A DNA stretch of 60,605 nucleotides, filler included. It is 5 parts of 5 records of this genome, joined end to end, with 100 filler letters (N's around TTAATTAATTAA, not from the genome) between each part and the next. Parts side by side here need not be neighbours in the genome. Positions count along the whole stretch, not along the records: positions 46,331 to 54,198 come from SRR31156797_17444; positions 54,299 to 60,605 come from SRR31156797_17447; 3 more parts are not named here. One strand, given 5' to 3'. Both the position numbers and the translations under genes were made by a program. A model generated the notes under the pieces. It worked only from the letters and a program-made list of their open reading frames with translations, was not told where the DNA came from and ran no database searches. Shown here piece after piece: positions 50,373 through 60,605 of the stretch; within the stretch, counting starts at the first letter, position 1; every line of letters begins with the position of its first letter.

Positions 50373-52505
50373 TTAATTATCCTTAAACGGTTCTTCCCAA
50401 CCGGCCCTGGAAAGCTGAAGCCGATGCAACTGGTAATATAAGCCTTTTTGTTCCAAAAGTTCATCATGCGTGCCTGTTTCATACCCGCATCCACGGTGCA
50501 GCACCAGAATACGGTCGGCGCGCCTTATGGTCGAAAGCCGGTGCGCTATCACGATGGACGTTCGTCCTTCGGTCAAGGGGCCAAGCGCGGCTTCAATCAG
50601 CTTTTCCGATTCGGAATCTATAAAAGCCGTTGCTTCATCCAAAACCAGTATTTGCGGATTCTGGGCCAAAACCCTGGCAAATGCCAATAGCTGGCGCTGG
50701 CCCACGGACAGGGATTTGCCTCCTTCGCCCAGCATATGGTCGTAACCTCCCGGAAGAGCTTCTATGAATCTGTCAGCTCCTACAGCCTTGACAGCCTTCA
50801 TAATGGTTTCTTCCGAAATATCGCTCCTGGCCAGGGCTATGTTTTCACGTATTGTGCCCGCGAAAATGAAAACATCCTGCATGACCAAACCGATTCTGGA
50901 CCGGTGTTCAGCCAGGGGCAGATTTCTTATGTCCTGCCCGTCCACGGTGATAAGGCCTGATTTTATGTCATAAAACCTGAGCAGGAGATTGATGATGGAC
51001 GTCTTGCCGGCGCCGGTCGCCCCCACTATGGCCAGGGTTTTGCCCTGTTCGACTTCAAAAGACAAATCACACAGGACTTCTTCGCCTTCGCTGTATGAGA
51101 ATCCTACATCATCAAAGTTTATCACCCCATGGCCTTTTTCCGGGATATCTTCGGGATCTTGCGGAGAAGGCATTTCTTCATTTGAATCCAAAAGCAGGAA
51201 TATTCTCTCCAGGGAAGCCATGGCCGACTGGAGAATATTGAACTTTTCAACCAGGTCCCTGATGGGTTGAAAAAACTTGCGAACGTAACCGATAAAAGCA
51301 ACAACAACGCCAAGCGTCACGGTTTCATCCAGAACGCTCCAGCCCCCGTACCAGACTATAAGCCCAAGGGCCACGGCCGCGAAAACATCTATCAGGGGCA
51401 TGAAGACGGCAAAAACCCTTATCTGCTTCATCCCGGCCAGGTAGTTGTCGTGGTTGAGCTTTTCAAAGTCTTCCAGGTTCTTCTTTTCCCTGCGGAAAGC
51501 CTGAATAATCTGGATTCCGGAAATGGTTTCTCCAAAAACGGAATTAATTTCAGCCACCTTTGCCCTGAGCGCCCGGAAAACGTCCCTGGCCCGGCTCCTG
51601 AACAACATCGTTGTGACAATAATTAAAGGTAAAAGACTGAAAGTAATAAGGGCGAGTTTTAAATTCAAATACACAAGAATAACGATAATGCCGACCAGGA
51701 TAAAGGCATCCTTGAAAAAAGTCACGGCCACGTTTCTTATCATTTCACCCAGGTTTTGAATATCATTGGTCAAACGCGCGACCAACCGCCCAGTGGGCGT
51801 ATGATCGTGAAAAGATACGGACTGCTTTAAAACGTGGGCTACAAGTTCCTGCCGGATGTCATGGGTAAGTTTCTGGCCTGCATATTCAAGAAGAATGACC
51901 TGGGCGAAATTAAAAATATACCCCAGAATAAGAACTGCCACGCCGAATACGGCCAGATGCGCCAGGCCCGCCAGGTCGTTTCCGCGTAGTTTTTTAAGTT
52001 CCCCCGTGGTCAGCTTGTCCAAATCGGCAAATGATATCACTGCTGCGTAGGGAAAGATGCGAAATAGTTCCGGCCGGCTGTTTATTACTTCCAGGGCCTG
52101 CCCGTTTGGTTCTTCAACAAGATAATATTGATCGCCCTTGAGTATTCCGGCCTGTCGCGATTCTTTTATAAGCGCGGGGTCCAGGCGCCTGGCCTTGTCG
52201 CCCCTTAAAAAGTAAAGGCCGGGTTTGCCTGAATAAAACAGGCTGTCTTTTAAGTTTTCCAGTACGTCATTTGCATTTTGTCCCTTGGAATGCACTTCCT
52301 GGTAGGAAACCACTATGTGCCTGTCAATGGCTGTTTTAGTCAGGTAAGGCAGAACAAGATCGGCAGCCGTGGCCGCCAGAATTAAAATGCTGGAAATAAC
52401 CAGCACAAGCCAATATGGTTTGGCATAGCCGAGAAAGCGCCTGATGATTTTCAGGTCGTATCCTTTTTTATACCCGTCCTCTATGTATCCGTAGTCGCCC
52501 CACAT
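50373..52505 (-). CDS. ABC exporter, fused TMD-NBD (MdlB-like half)
   Basis: GATGAGKT, LSVGQRQ and LDEAT. Confidence 0.92.
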   Translation of the reverse strand: MWGDYGYIEDGYKKGYDLKIIRRFLGYAKPYWLVLVISSILILAATAADLVLPYLTKTAIDRHIVVSYQEVHSKGQNANDVLENLKDSLFYSGKPGLYFLRGDKARRLDPALIKESRQAGILKGDQYYLVEEPNGQALEVINSRPELFRIFPYAAVISFADLDKLTTGELKKLRGNDLAGLAHLAVFGVAVLILGYIFNFAQVILLEYAGQKLTHDIRQELVAHVLKQSVSFHDHTPTGRLVARLTNDIQNLGEMIRNVAVTFFKDAFILVGIIVILVYLNLKLALITFSLLPLIIVTTMLFRSRARDVFRALRAKVAEINSVFGETISGIQIIQAFRREKKNLEDFEKLNHDNYLAGMKQIRVFAVFMPLIDVFAAVALGLIVWYGGWSVLDETVTLGVVVAFIGYVRKFFQPIRDLVEKFNILQSAMASLERIFLLLDSNEEMPSPQDPEDIPEKGHGVINFDDVGFSYSEGEEVLCDLSFEVEQGKTLAIVGATGAGKTSIINLLLRFYDIKSGLITVDGQDIRNLPLAEHRSRIGLVMQDVFIFAGTIRENIALARSDISEETIMKAVKAVGADRFIEALPGGYDHMLGEGGKSLSVGQRQLLAFARVLAQNPQILVLDEATAFIDSESEKLIEAALGPLTEGRTSIVIAHRLSTIRRADRILVLHRGCGYETGTHDELLEQKGLYYQLHRLQLSRAGWEEPFKDN

Positions 52506-52507
52506 AA

Positions 52508-54198
52508 TCAGTTCGTCCGTTCTCTAGTTTCAATAATCGGATATTCCGGTTGGCCGTACTCCGCCTGAACCTGTTGCAACTGGTGGAGTTGCGAATAATA
52601 ACCGCCGTTTTCAATTAAATCCCAATGGCTGCCTGATTCTGAAATGGCGCCGTTTTCAATTACCCATATCTTGTCGGCGACTTTTAAACTGGTCAGCCGG
52701 TGCGAGACCATGATCGTGCTTTTTCCCGCCCTTATCCTGCAAATATTGGCTAAAATCGTTTCTTCAGCCTTGGCGTCAACCGCGGAAAAAGTGTCGTCAA
52801 GAATTAAAAGAGGCGGATCTATCAGTATGGCCCTGGCCAGGGCCAGCCGTTGTTTCTGGCCGCCCGACAGCGTTACCCCTCTTTCGCCGATATATGTGTT
52901 CAATCCGTCGGAAAAGGAAAGAATATCATCTTCAAGGCCCGCTTCCCTGGCCGCTTCCATAATCCGGTCTTCATCAGCGTCGGGCGATCCAAAGGCTATG
53001 TTTTCGGACAGGGTTCCCGAAAATATGTAACCGTCCTGGGGAACGTACCCGATTGCGCCGCGGAGGTCGGCCAGGTTCATTTCCCTGACATCGACGCCGT
53101 CAAGAAATACGGTTCCCGGCGGAGGGTCGAATATTCGGAGAATCAGGTTTAGCACGGTGGTTTTTCCAGAACCTGTTCGGCCTACAACAGCCGTGATGCC
53201 GCCGGGTGCGCCATCCAGTGTCAGGTTTTGAAGTATTTCCTCTTTTCGATCGGGATAGCTGAAAGTCAAATTTTCGATCCGCAGTTCTCCTTTAAAAAAC
53301 GGAGGCGCCGCCGGTTGTTCCGGATCTTTAATCTCCGGTTCTTCATCAAGTATGGTGTTGATTCTCACAAGGGACGCGGCTCCCCTCTGGACAAGGTTGG
53401 CCAGCCAGCCGAGAGCCATCATCGGCCAGGTCAACAAACCAAGGTAACTGATAAAAGCCACAAAGTCGCCCGGACTTATCTGGCTGAAAACCGTCAGCCT
53501 GCCTCCAAAATACAGGACAATGGTCAGGGAAAGGTTGGAAAACATCAACATCAGGGGGAAAAAGGCTCCGGAAACAAAATTAAGTCGCACGTTTTCCTTC
53601 AAATATAAACGGCCGATCTTGTCCATTTCCCTGGTGACCAGGTCTTCCCGAACATTGGCCTGGACAACCCGGATGCCGGACAGGTATTCCCGGACCTGTC
53701 CGGTCATGCGACCGAAAATGTCCTGCACCCTTCTATGCCGTTTGAACATCATGGAACCCAGGCGGCTGGTCAGAATGGTTATGAGCGGCATTGGTATCAG
53801 CGCCAGCAGGGTCAGGGTAGGGTCTATCCAGATCATAAAGCCTATGGACGCGGTTCCCATGACCATGGAATCGACCAGGGCGACCAAACCCATGCCCGAA
53901 GCCATTCTAAGGGCGTCCAGGTCATTGGTGGCGTGGGCCATTATGTCGCCGGTCGTCCTTTTTTGCATCCAGGATTGCGGAAAGGCGAGCAGCTTTGAAA
54001 ACATTCTTTTTCTGATGTCTTCTTCCACCAGCCTTGAAAATCCCAAAATGAGAATTCGCCATATGTAACGGAAAAAACCTATGGCCATGGCCATGGCTAT
54101 AATGAGCAGGCCGGCCATGGCCAGGGATGAAGAATCGGCTTTTAGAGTGCTGATCAGGTCGACAGCGTGTTTGACGACCCTCGGAATCATTAACTGCA
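52508..54198 (-). CDS. ABC exporter, fused TMD-NBD (MdlA-like half), 5' truncated
   Basis: GRTGSGKT, LSGGQKQR and a degenerate Walker B (LDDT), typical of heterodimeric exporters. Confidence 0.92.
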
Positions 54199-54298
54199 NN
54201 NNNNNNNNNNNNNNNNNNNNNNNNNNNNNNNNNNNNNNNNNNTTAATTAATTAANNNNNNNNNNNNNNNNNNNNNNNNNNNNNNNNNNNNNNNNNNNN
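54199..54298. other. Artificial contig spacer
   Basis: N44-TTAATTAATTAA-N44. Confidence 0.99.
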
Positions 54299-54299
54299 C

Positions 54300-54890
54300 A
54301 TCATTGAGGAAATCGCCCGCCAGACCAATCTCCTCGCGCTCAATGCAGCTATCGAAGCTGCCCGAGCCGGTGAACATGGGAAAGGATTTGCCGTTGTAGC
54401 TGCCGAGGTTCGTAAGCTTGCAGAACGCTCTGGTTCAGCTGCGGCAGAGATCAGTGAGCTTTCCTCTTCAAGTGTCAGAATTGCCGACAAAGCAGAAGAA
54501 ATGCTCCACGCTCTCGTCCCGGACATCGAAAAAACAGCTTCACTCGTGCAGGAAATATCCTCATCGAGCAATGAACAAAACGCTGGAACCACGCAAATCA
54601 ACCTGGCCATCAGCCAACTTGATATGGTGATTCAACAAAACGCCTCTGCATCTGAAGAAATGGCATCCACAAGCGAAGAACTTTCCGCGCAAGGACAGAC
54701 TCTTCAAGCCACCATGTCATTCTTCAAGGTAAATGATCAATCACACAGCGAATCGACAACAGTTGTCCGCAAAACTTCCAAGCCGACAACCGCGTTGCCC
54801 ATGTCTTCCCAAAGCACCTCAAAAGCCATGTCAAAACCAACCGGCATTGCCATCGCCATGGATTCCGACGAAGGTTACGAGCACTTTTAA
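54300..54890 (+). CDS. Methyl-accepting chemotaxis protein, C-terminal part
   Basis: [44 protein letters not shown]; ends in the pentapeptide-like GYEHF. Confidence 0.93.
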   Translation: MIEEIARQTNLLALNAAIEAARAGEHGKGFAVVAAEVRKLAERSGSAAAEISELSSSSVRIADKAEEMLHALVPDIEKTASLVQEISSSSNEQNAGTTQINLAISQLDMVIQQNASASEEMASTSEELSAQGQTLQATMSFFKVNDQSHSESTTVVRKTSKPTTALPMSSQSTSKAMSKPTGIAIAMDSDEGYEHF

Positions 54891-54921
54891 CAAACCAATA
54901 ATCAATTAACCATCCAGAAAA

Positions 54922-54952
54922 GAGGCCCGAAATCTTCATGATTTCGGACCTC
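54922..54952. terminator. Hairpin between convergent MCP genes
   Basis: GAGGCCCGAAATC...GATTTCGGACCTC. Confidence 0.65.
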
Positions 54953-54976
54953 GACATAGTTAAAAAATCACTTTTT

Positions 54977-57031
54977 TTATGCAAGCATTGGCCGTTTCAC
55001 AGCATCCCTCGAAGGGGTTGTAGAAATGACCGTTGTCTCTTCATTTTCATTCTCCGTCACGTCTCCACCGGAGAGCATTTCACGCATACCAACGCGCAAC
55101 TCTTCAGACAAATCGACGAGATCAACCACGGCCGTATGCGCGTGCTCAACACCTTCGGTAAACGACTTGGCAATTTGACGAACTTCTTCCGTGGCCTGGG
55201 ATATCTGCTCAGAAGCCGCGCTCTGCTCTTCGGAAGCCGAGGCAATGCTTTCCACATTCACAACATTTTGTTCAACCAAAAATATAATTGAATCCTGTGC
55301 TTCCCCTGATGCTCGTGCTTGAACGGCACTATGTTTCACGACTTCAACGACTTCACGGAACCGTTCAATATTCCTTGCCGAAGAATCCTGAATAGAAACA
55401 ACATGCTCTTCCACCTCCTTGGTGGCTGTCATGGTCTTTTCTGCCAACTTGCGAACTTCATCAGCAACCACAGCAAATCCTCGGCCAGCTTCTCCGGCCC
55501 GTGCGGCCTCAATCGCGGCATTCAGTGCCAACAGATTCGTCTGATCTGCTATCTCATTGATCACGTCCATAACCTGACCAATGGATTCAACCTGAAGACC
55601 GAGTTTCTCCAACCCCTGACTGATCTTGTCAGTATATCCGTTTACGTCCTCAATAGAGGTCACAGCACCCTGAACAAGCCCCGCGCCTTCTACAGCCTTA
55701 TCACGTGCCTCCGAAGCCCTCCCTGTCGCTTGAGAAGCATTTTTGCTCACTTCGCAAACAACGGTATTCATCTGCTCCATAGCAATGGCGGTCTCCATGA
55801 TGCGCTCATGCTGATTGTGTGACCCGTCACGTATCTGGACAAGCATGGCCGCAACTTTTTCAGTGGCCATACCCACGCGGTCAGCAATGCCTTCTGCCTG
55901 CTTGCCTGTCTCCGACATACAATCCCAAAGCTCCCGGACACGCCGCTCTTGTTCCTGAGTCGCCAACATGGCTTTTCTTGCCGCTTCAGCCTGTGCCAAC
56001 GCCTCCTCTTCCTTAAGACGAACAGCTTCAAGCTGATCTCGCAGCATAGACACCATACGCATCAGATCATTGCACAAATTACCAAACTCATGATTAAACT
56101 TCCCTTCAGGTTGGGCTTCCAGGTTTCCATCGGCCACATCTCGCGAATACTCTTGTAACGCGGCAAGCGGTCGGGTGACTGAAAACAACGTCCAAAGAAT
56201 ACATAGAATGATCAGCACACAGGCAGCCACTTCCATGCTGACCACTGAGAGGTCAACAGTGTTAGCAATCTGAGCGCTCTTTTCCATATAATGGTTACGA
56301 ATATCCTCAAGCACTGGTTCCAATGCTCGTGCAGATTGAATCAATAAGGCAGATGCCTTGTCGGCCGATTCGAGGCTTTTACGATACCCATCAAAAGCGG
56401 ACAGATAAATATGAAGCTTTTCCTGAAACGCGGCTCGTTCTTGGGAGCCAAACAGTGGTGAAACCGCCACAGCTTCTTTCATGGCGTTGATCCAGCCGTT
56501 CATTCTTTCAATATATTTATCTTCACGCCGAAGGATGTAGTTCTTTTCCTGCCTTCGAATCTGCAAAAGCAGAATAGTTATATCCTGGCTATGTACTTCC
56601 TTGAAAATACTCTCCAGCCCTCGGGCAGACATGACAAATTTATTACGCCACCCCGTATCAATGGTCAGCCCTATATCGGTTTCAGCCGAAGCAAGAGCTT
56701 GAAAACTTGTATTATATTCATCAAGGAGTCCGAGTGCATTGTCGCATACAGGTTGCATCTCGGGATCTGCTTCAACAATGGAGAGTAAAGCGACACGGGC
56801 CTCGTTGACATGCTTGGCCACCTTGTCGACGTACTCGGATTTTTTGCGCAATTGAAAATTTTTCTCCTGCCTGCGTGATTGCAGAAGCTCTCCATAGGCA
56901 TTTCGCGCCTGTTTCATAAGCGTTACATAATGATCAGAAATATTTCTTCCTATTTTGGTCATCCCAAAAACTAGAGCAAAACAAACAACGCAAACCAGAA
57001 GCACCAAAACGAGCTTGTTTCTCACCGACAT
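54977..57031 (-). CDS. MCP with helical bimodular (HBM-like) sensor domain
   Basis: Two LLQxRRQEKN(F/Y) modules, HAMP and the signalling hairpin. GGAGG RBS before ATG 57031. Confidence 0.9.
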   Translation of the reverse strand: MSVRNKLVLVLLVCVVCFALVFGMTKIGRNISDHYVTLMKQARNAYGELLQSRRQEKNFQLRKKSEYVDKVAKHVNEARVALLSIVEADPEMQPVCDNALGLLDEYNTSFQALASAETDIGLTIDTGWRNKFVMSARGLESIFKEVHSQDITILLLQIRRQEKNYILRREDKYIERMNGWINAMKEAVAVSPLFGSQERAAFQEKLHIYLSAFDGYRKSLESADKASALLIQSARALEPVLEDIRNHYMEKSAQIANTVDLSVVSMEVAACVLIILCILWTLFSVTRPLAALQEYSRDVADGNLEAQPEGKFNHEFGNLCNDLMRMVSMLRDQLEAVRLKEEEALAQAEAARKAMLATQEQERRVRELWDCMSETGKQAEGIADRVGMATEKVAAMLVQIRDGSHNQHERIMETAIAMEQMNTVVCEVSKNASQATGRASEARDKAVEGAGLVQGAVTSIEDVNGYTDKISQGLEKLGLQVESIGQVMDVINEIADQTNLLALNAAIEAARAGEAGRGFAVVADEVRKLAEKTMTATKEVEEHVVSIQDSSARNIERFREVVEVVKHSAVQARASGEAQDSIIFLVEQNVVNVESIASASEEQSAASEQISQATEEVRQIAKSFTEGVEHAHTAVVDLVDLSEELRVGMREMLSGGDVTENENEETTVISTTPSRDAVKRPMLA

Positions 57032-57395
57032 GTGGTTCCTCCATGCAAAGTTATCGCGCTCATTGAGCGGGAGAGGCATAAGGGAGCAATCGGCATGCCA
57101 GTAGCAAGATGATAATAAAATGTTATATTTCATTAAGATAGCAAGTGTTGCGTCATCAAATAAAGCCTCTTGCCAGTCAACAAACACGCAATTATCTTTT
57201 GCGAGAAAAGCTCAACTCCTCAAAATAATGAATATTATTGTGTTGCGCGAAGGACAAAAGCGCTGAGATTCCGTAACAGATCGGGAAATCAGAAAAAAAG
57301 GATACTCAAAAAAAAGACCTCACGAAATCTACTTCGCAAGGCCTTATTTTTACCAATAATTGGAAAAGTTATTCAACGTTCATTTTCCACAAGAG

Positions 57396-57863
57396 TTACT
57401 CTTTTTCTAAGGAGTTAGGCACTTGGGATTTGGATAAGCCATCCCGTACCATTTGCAACACTCGAGTTGCCGTTTCCACATCGTCTAATTTTAAGTCCGG
57501 AAACACTTTCCGAAGAATTTCATATTCTGCCTTTTGAGCGGCGACAAATCGAGAACAGCCAAGATCTGTTACATGCAACAACTTTGCACGTTTATGTCTG
57601 GGGTTGTCTTCAAAATGCACATAACCACTTTCAGCCAATGCACTGATAGCAACTTGAACAGATTGACGGGAGACACCTCGATCAAACGCCAAATCTGAAA
57701 TCGTCATAGGCTCATTTTTTAACAAGTGGGAAATATTTTTGCTTTGAGCGCTGGTTAACCCGCTAGAGCGGTGCACCGAATCCTCTACCCTTTCTATTTC
57801 CTTCGATGCCCCTTGAAGCATTTGGAATAACGTATGAAGCTTCTCGCCATCTGCATATTTCAT
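57396..57863 (-). CDS. MarR-family transcriptional regulator
   Basis: GLTSAQ, PMTISDLA...VSRQSVQ and NPRHKRAKLLHVTDLG. Confidence 0.9.
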   Translation of the reverse strand: MKYADGEKLHTLFQMLQGASKEIERVEDSVHRSSGLTSAQSKNISHLLKNEPMTISDLAFDRGVSRQSVQVAISALAESGYVHFEDNPRHKRAKLLHVTDLGCSRFVAAQKAEYEILRKVFPDLKLDDVETATRVLQMVRDGLSKSQVPNSLEKE

Positions 57864-57898
57864 AAGGTTAGAATAACATAAATCAATGCCTTTCCGCA

Positions 57899-57945
57899 AC
57901 TGGAATGACAAGTTGTCAACCTAATTGACAACTTGTCATTCCAGT
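57899..57945. promoter_or_regulatory. Perfect 21-bp inverted repeat containing two TGACAA-N-TTGTCA boxes; probable MarR operator
   Basis: ACTGGAATGACAAGTTGTCAA-cctaa-TTGACAACTTGTCATTCCAGT between the divergent genes. Confidence 0.8.
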
Positions 57946-58039
57946 GTGTAACAGTAAAATCAATGCATTTGCATAAAGAGATTTCTCAACATTTATGGAG
58001 TTTTTGAATCAAAAAACACGAACCATCGGGAGGACGCCC

Positions 58040-60433
58040 ATGAAAACATCGGAAAATAAATCTGCTCTAAATATTCGAAAAATTAGAACCTATTGCGCTC
58101 AATGCTTCAGCAATTGTCCTGTTGTGGCGCATGTCGCCGACGGGAAATTCATCAAAGTCAGCCCAGACAAAGAGCACCACTTCTTCAGACCTCTTTGCCC
58201 TAAGGGATTTGCCGGACCAGAGCTGGTATCAAACAAACAAAGGCTAACTCACCCGTTAAAACGCACAAACCCCAAAGGGGCGAGTGATCCGGGCTGGGAG
58301 CGTATAAGTTGGGATGAAGCTTTGGATATAGTTGCCGAACAAATGTCGCTGATAAAAGAACAACATGGAGCTGAAGCATTTGTCTTTTCGCAAACCAATG
58401 TTTCCTCTCCCTTATGGGAAATAACGCCTTTTGTTCGCCGATTGGCAAATGTGTATGGAACCCCCAACCACATGACCACCACCCACATCTGCAACTGGCA
58501 TCGAGATAATGGATCTGCCCTGACATTCGGGAAAATGGGTGACGACTTTACCGCAGGATGGCCCGATTTCAATCACACACAATGCATGCTGATATGGGGC
58601 CATAACCCTGCAAATACTTTCAATGCCTATAATCAACAAATCAACTCGGCCTTGAAGCGAAATGCCAAGCTCATTGTCATTGATCCTCGACGCACAAAAG
58701 TCGCAGCCAAGGCGGACTCATGGCTCCAGATCAAACCTGGCACAGATGGCGCTTTAGCCTTGGGCATGATCCACGTCATGCTTGAACACTCTCTGTACAA
58801 TACGAACTTTGTAACCGATTGGACCAACGCACCGTTGTTGATTCGGTGCGACACCGGAGATTTACTCCGTGCTTCAGACTTGGATTCATCGGTCAATGAC
58901 AACAATGTATTTGCTGTTATTTCACCCGAAACAGGTCTGCCAACATTTTATTACCCTGGGGAAAAAACCGACTTCTCGCCCCTACTCGAAGCACGGATAG
59001 AAGTTTTGCTCGCGGATGGACAAAAAATATGGTGCGAAACCGTTTTCAGCGGCTTGAGAAAATCTGTTGCTCAATACACACCGGAATATGTGGAAAAAAC
59101 AACCACAATCCCGGCTAAAGACATTATCGCAACAGTTCATTTGATGGTCGAGAACAGTCCTTCATGCTGGTATTCATTCAACGGCGTAGAGCAAAACCTC
59201 AATGCAACACAAACCAACAGGGCTATATGCCTGTTCTATGCCTTGACCGGAGACTATGACCAGCAAGGCGGAAATCATATCAATGATTTTATGCCTCCCC
59301 TGAACTACCCTTTTGGTTTTGAATTTGTGACACCAGAGATGTTCAAAAAAAATATTGCCTTGCCCAATCACCCGCTCGGACCAGCTGGAACGATCATGTC
59401 AGTCCCGCCACACTTGATATGCAAAGCAATCGAAGAGCAAACCCCCTACCCATTAAAGGGACTGATCGTCTTCGGCGCAAATACAATATCATCTAACCCC
59501 GACAGTAAGAGAATATCCGAAGCCCTGAAGCAACTCGACTTTCATGTCCATATTGACCATTTCCTCAACCCTACTGCGGAGTTGGCCGACATAGTCTTAC
59601 CATCGGCCAGCTTCTGGGAAACAGGAAGAATCGGCTACCCCCTGGCTTTTCAAAAGAACAAATGGGTAGTCCAATGGCGCGAACCTGTCGCAGCTCCCCG
59701 CGGTGAAAGCAAGGACGAATTGTGGATTATTTTTGAAATAGCGAAAAGACTCGGAGTGTCAGACAAATTCTGGAACGGAAATATTAATGCGGCTTTTGAT
59801 GACATGCTGAAACCCGTCGGGCTCTCACTTAAGGCTCTCAAAGAAAACGAGGGGGGCGTCTTTATTCAAGGACCGGTGGCCTATAAAAAATATCAGGAAA
59901 AAGGATTCAGCAGCATGACCGGACGAGTTGAACTTTTTTCCCAACAACTCAAAGATATTGATCAAGCTCCTTTTCCCGCGTGGAATGACCCACTCGGTAT
60001 TCTTGAAAAGGCTGGCATCAAGGCCAAGGACTTCCCCTTTGTATTGATTACCGCAAAACTCCGCGAATTCTGCCAATCACAGCACAGGGCTTTCCCCTCT
60101 CTGAGGAAAAGACATCCTCACCCCTTTCTGGAAATCAATAAAGATAAAGCTGAGGCTCTCGGAATTATAGACGGAGACACGGTATCATTGGAAACAGTAC
60201 ACGGTAACATTCTACTTCAGGCCAAACTGACTGAAGGTCTTGCCCAGAACGTTGTCTGCACACAACACGGTTGGTGGCAAGCGTGCCCAGATCTCGACCA
60301 CCCCGGACATGACATCTATTCCCCCGACGGCGCTAATGTGAACCTCCTCGTCCACACCGATTTCACGGACAAAATAAGCGGCTCTGTCCACATGCGTGGT
60401 TTCCCCTGCAACGTAAAAAAAAGTAACGGCTAA
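58040..60433 (+). CDS. Cytoplasmic Mo/W-bisPGD oxidoreductase (acetylene-hydratase-like branch)
   Basis: CAQCFSNC...LCPKG Fe-S motif, RISWDEALD, IWGHNP, VIDPRRT, PGTDGALALG, TAELADIVLP and HGWW. No Tat signal. Confidence 0.88.
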   Translation: MKTSENKSALNIRKIRTYCAQCFSNCPVVAHVADGKFIKVSPDKEHHFFRPLCPKGFAGPELVSNKQRLTHPLKRTNPKGASDPGWERISWDEALDIVAEQMSLIKEQHGAEAFVFSQTNVSSPLWEITPFVRRLANVYGTPNHMTTTHICNWHRDNGSALTFGKMGDDFTAGWPDFNHTQCMLIWGHNPANTFNAYNQQINSALKRNAKLIVIDPRRTKVAAKADSWLQIKPGTDGALALGMIHVMLEHSLYNTNFVTDWTNAPLLIRCDTGDLLRASDLDSSVNDNNVFAVISPETGLPTFYYPGEKTDFSPLLEARIEVLLADGQKIWCETVFSGLRKSVAQYTPEYVEKTTTIPAKDIIATVHLMVENSPSCWYSFNGVEQNLNATQTNRAICLFYALTGDYDQQGGNHINDFMPPLNYPFGFEFVTPEMFKKNIALPNHPLGPAGTIMSVPPHLICKAIEEQTPYPLKGLIVFGANTISSNPDSKRISEALKQLDFHVHIDHFLNPTAELADIVLPSASFWETGRIGYPLAFQKNKWVVQWREPVAAPRGESKDELWIIFEIAKRLGVSDKFWNGNINAAFDDMLKPVGLSLKALKENEGGVFIQGPVAYKKYQEKGFSSMTGRVELFSQQLKDIDQAPFPAWNDPLGILEKAGIKAKDFPFVLITAKLREFCQSQHRAFPSLRKRHPHPFLEINKDKAEALGIIDGDTVSLETVHGNILLQAKLTEGLAQNVVCTQHGWWQACPDLDHPGHDIYSPDGANVNLLVHTDFTDKISGSVHMRGFPCNVKKSNG

Positions 60434-60522
60434 CCTAGCGCAAAGTCGCGATGTCGACACTCTCACGCTGAAGAAACACAATGATCTTCTTCAACTTCCC
60501 GTGGACATCTCACCAAACAACG

Positions 60523-60557
60523 AAAAAGCCCTTACGAAGAAAACTTCGTAAGGGCTT
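60523..60557 (-). terminator. tRNA terminator
   Basis: AAGCCCTTACGAAG-aaaa-CTTCGTAAGGGCTT with a T run on the minus strand. Confidence 0.8.
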
Positions 60558-60566
60558 GATATCGCG

Positions 60567-60605
60567 TGGTGCTCGGGGACAGAATTGAACTGCCGACACG
60601 GGGAT
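60567..60605 (-). tRNA. 3' half of a tRNA, probably tRNA-Phe (anticodon lies outside the window)
   Basis: Minus strand ATCCCCGTGTC-GGCAG-TTCAATT-CTGTC-CCCGAGC-A-CCA gives T-arm, acceptor strand and CCA. ATCCCCGTGTC is typical of tRNA-Phe. Confidence 0.85.

Overview
This window is not one continuous genome segment. It is five contigs joined by identical 100-nt spacers (N44-TTAATTAATTAA-N44) at 9752-9851, 23546-23645, 46231-46330 and 54199-54298, and base composition and gene style differ sharply between them. All taxonomic calls below are inferences from protein style. (1) 1-9751, very AT-rich and Campylobacterota-like: radical SAM 5' fragment, diguanylate cyclase, a flagellin with a degenerate N-terminus plus a 135-aa protein carrying only a flagellin C-terminal tail, a triple-Cache CheA-like kinase and a NiFe-hydrogenase small subunit. 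(2) 9852-23545, an AT-rich diderm, possibly Fusobacteriota: FMN-binding/NapH-like/MipA genes, oligoendopeptidase F, a DUF523 protein, two paralogous M30-like lipoprotein peptidases each followed by a secreted partner, an MCP and MsrAB. (3) 23646-46230, Desulfovibrionaceae-like core genome: dnaK/grpE, feoAB, an unannotated 56-aa wHTH gene, cbpA-cbpM-clpB, a rhomboid, a candidate ~215-nt sRNA, an RluA-CoaE fusion, upp-uraA, mnmA and pssA-leuACD. (4) 46331-54198, deltaproteobacterial-like: alpha-2-macroglobulin-like 5' part, EmrAB-like efflux pair and a heterodimeric ABC exporter. (5) 54299-60605, Desulfovibrionaceae-like: two MCPs, a MarR plus molybdopterin-enzyme cassette with a perfect 21-bp inverted-repeat operator, and the 3' half of a tRNA (probably Phe). 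The most novel-looking signal is a probable leucine-sensing attenuator whose 'leader peptide' is the C-terminal tail of the unrelated upstream gene pssA: its only three rare CTA Leu codons sit next to mutually exclusive RNA helices just upstream of leuA. Other candidates are a pyrE-like attenuator between upp and uraA, the orphan sRNA, the atypical flagellin/mini-flagellin locus and the acetylene-hydratase-like Mo/W enzyme islet.
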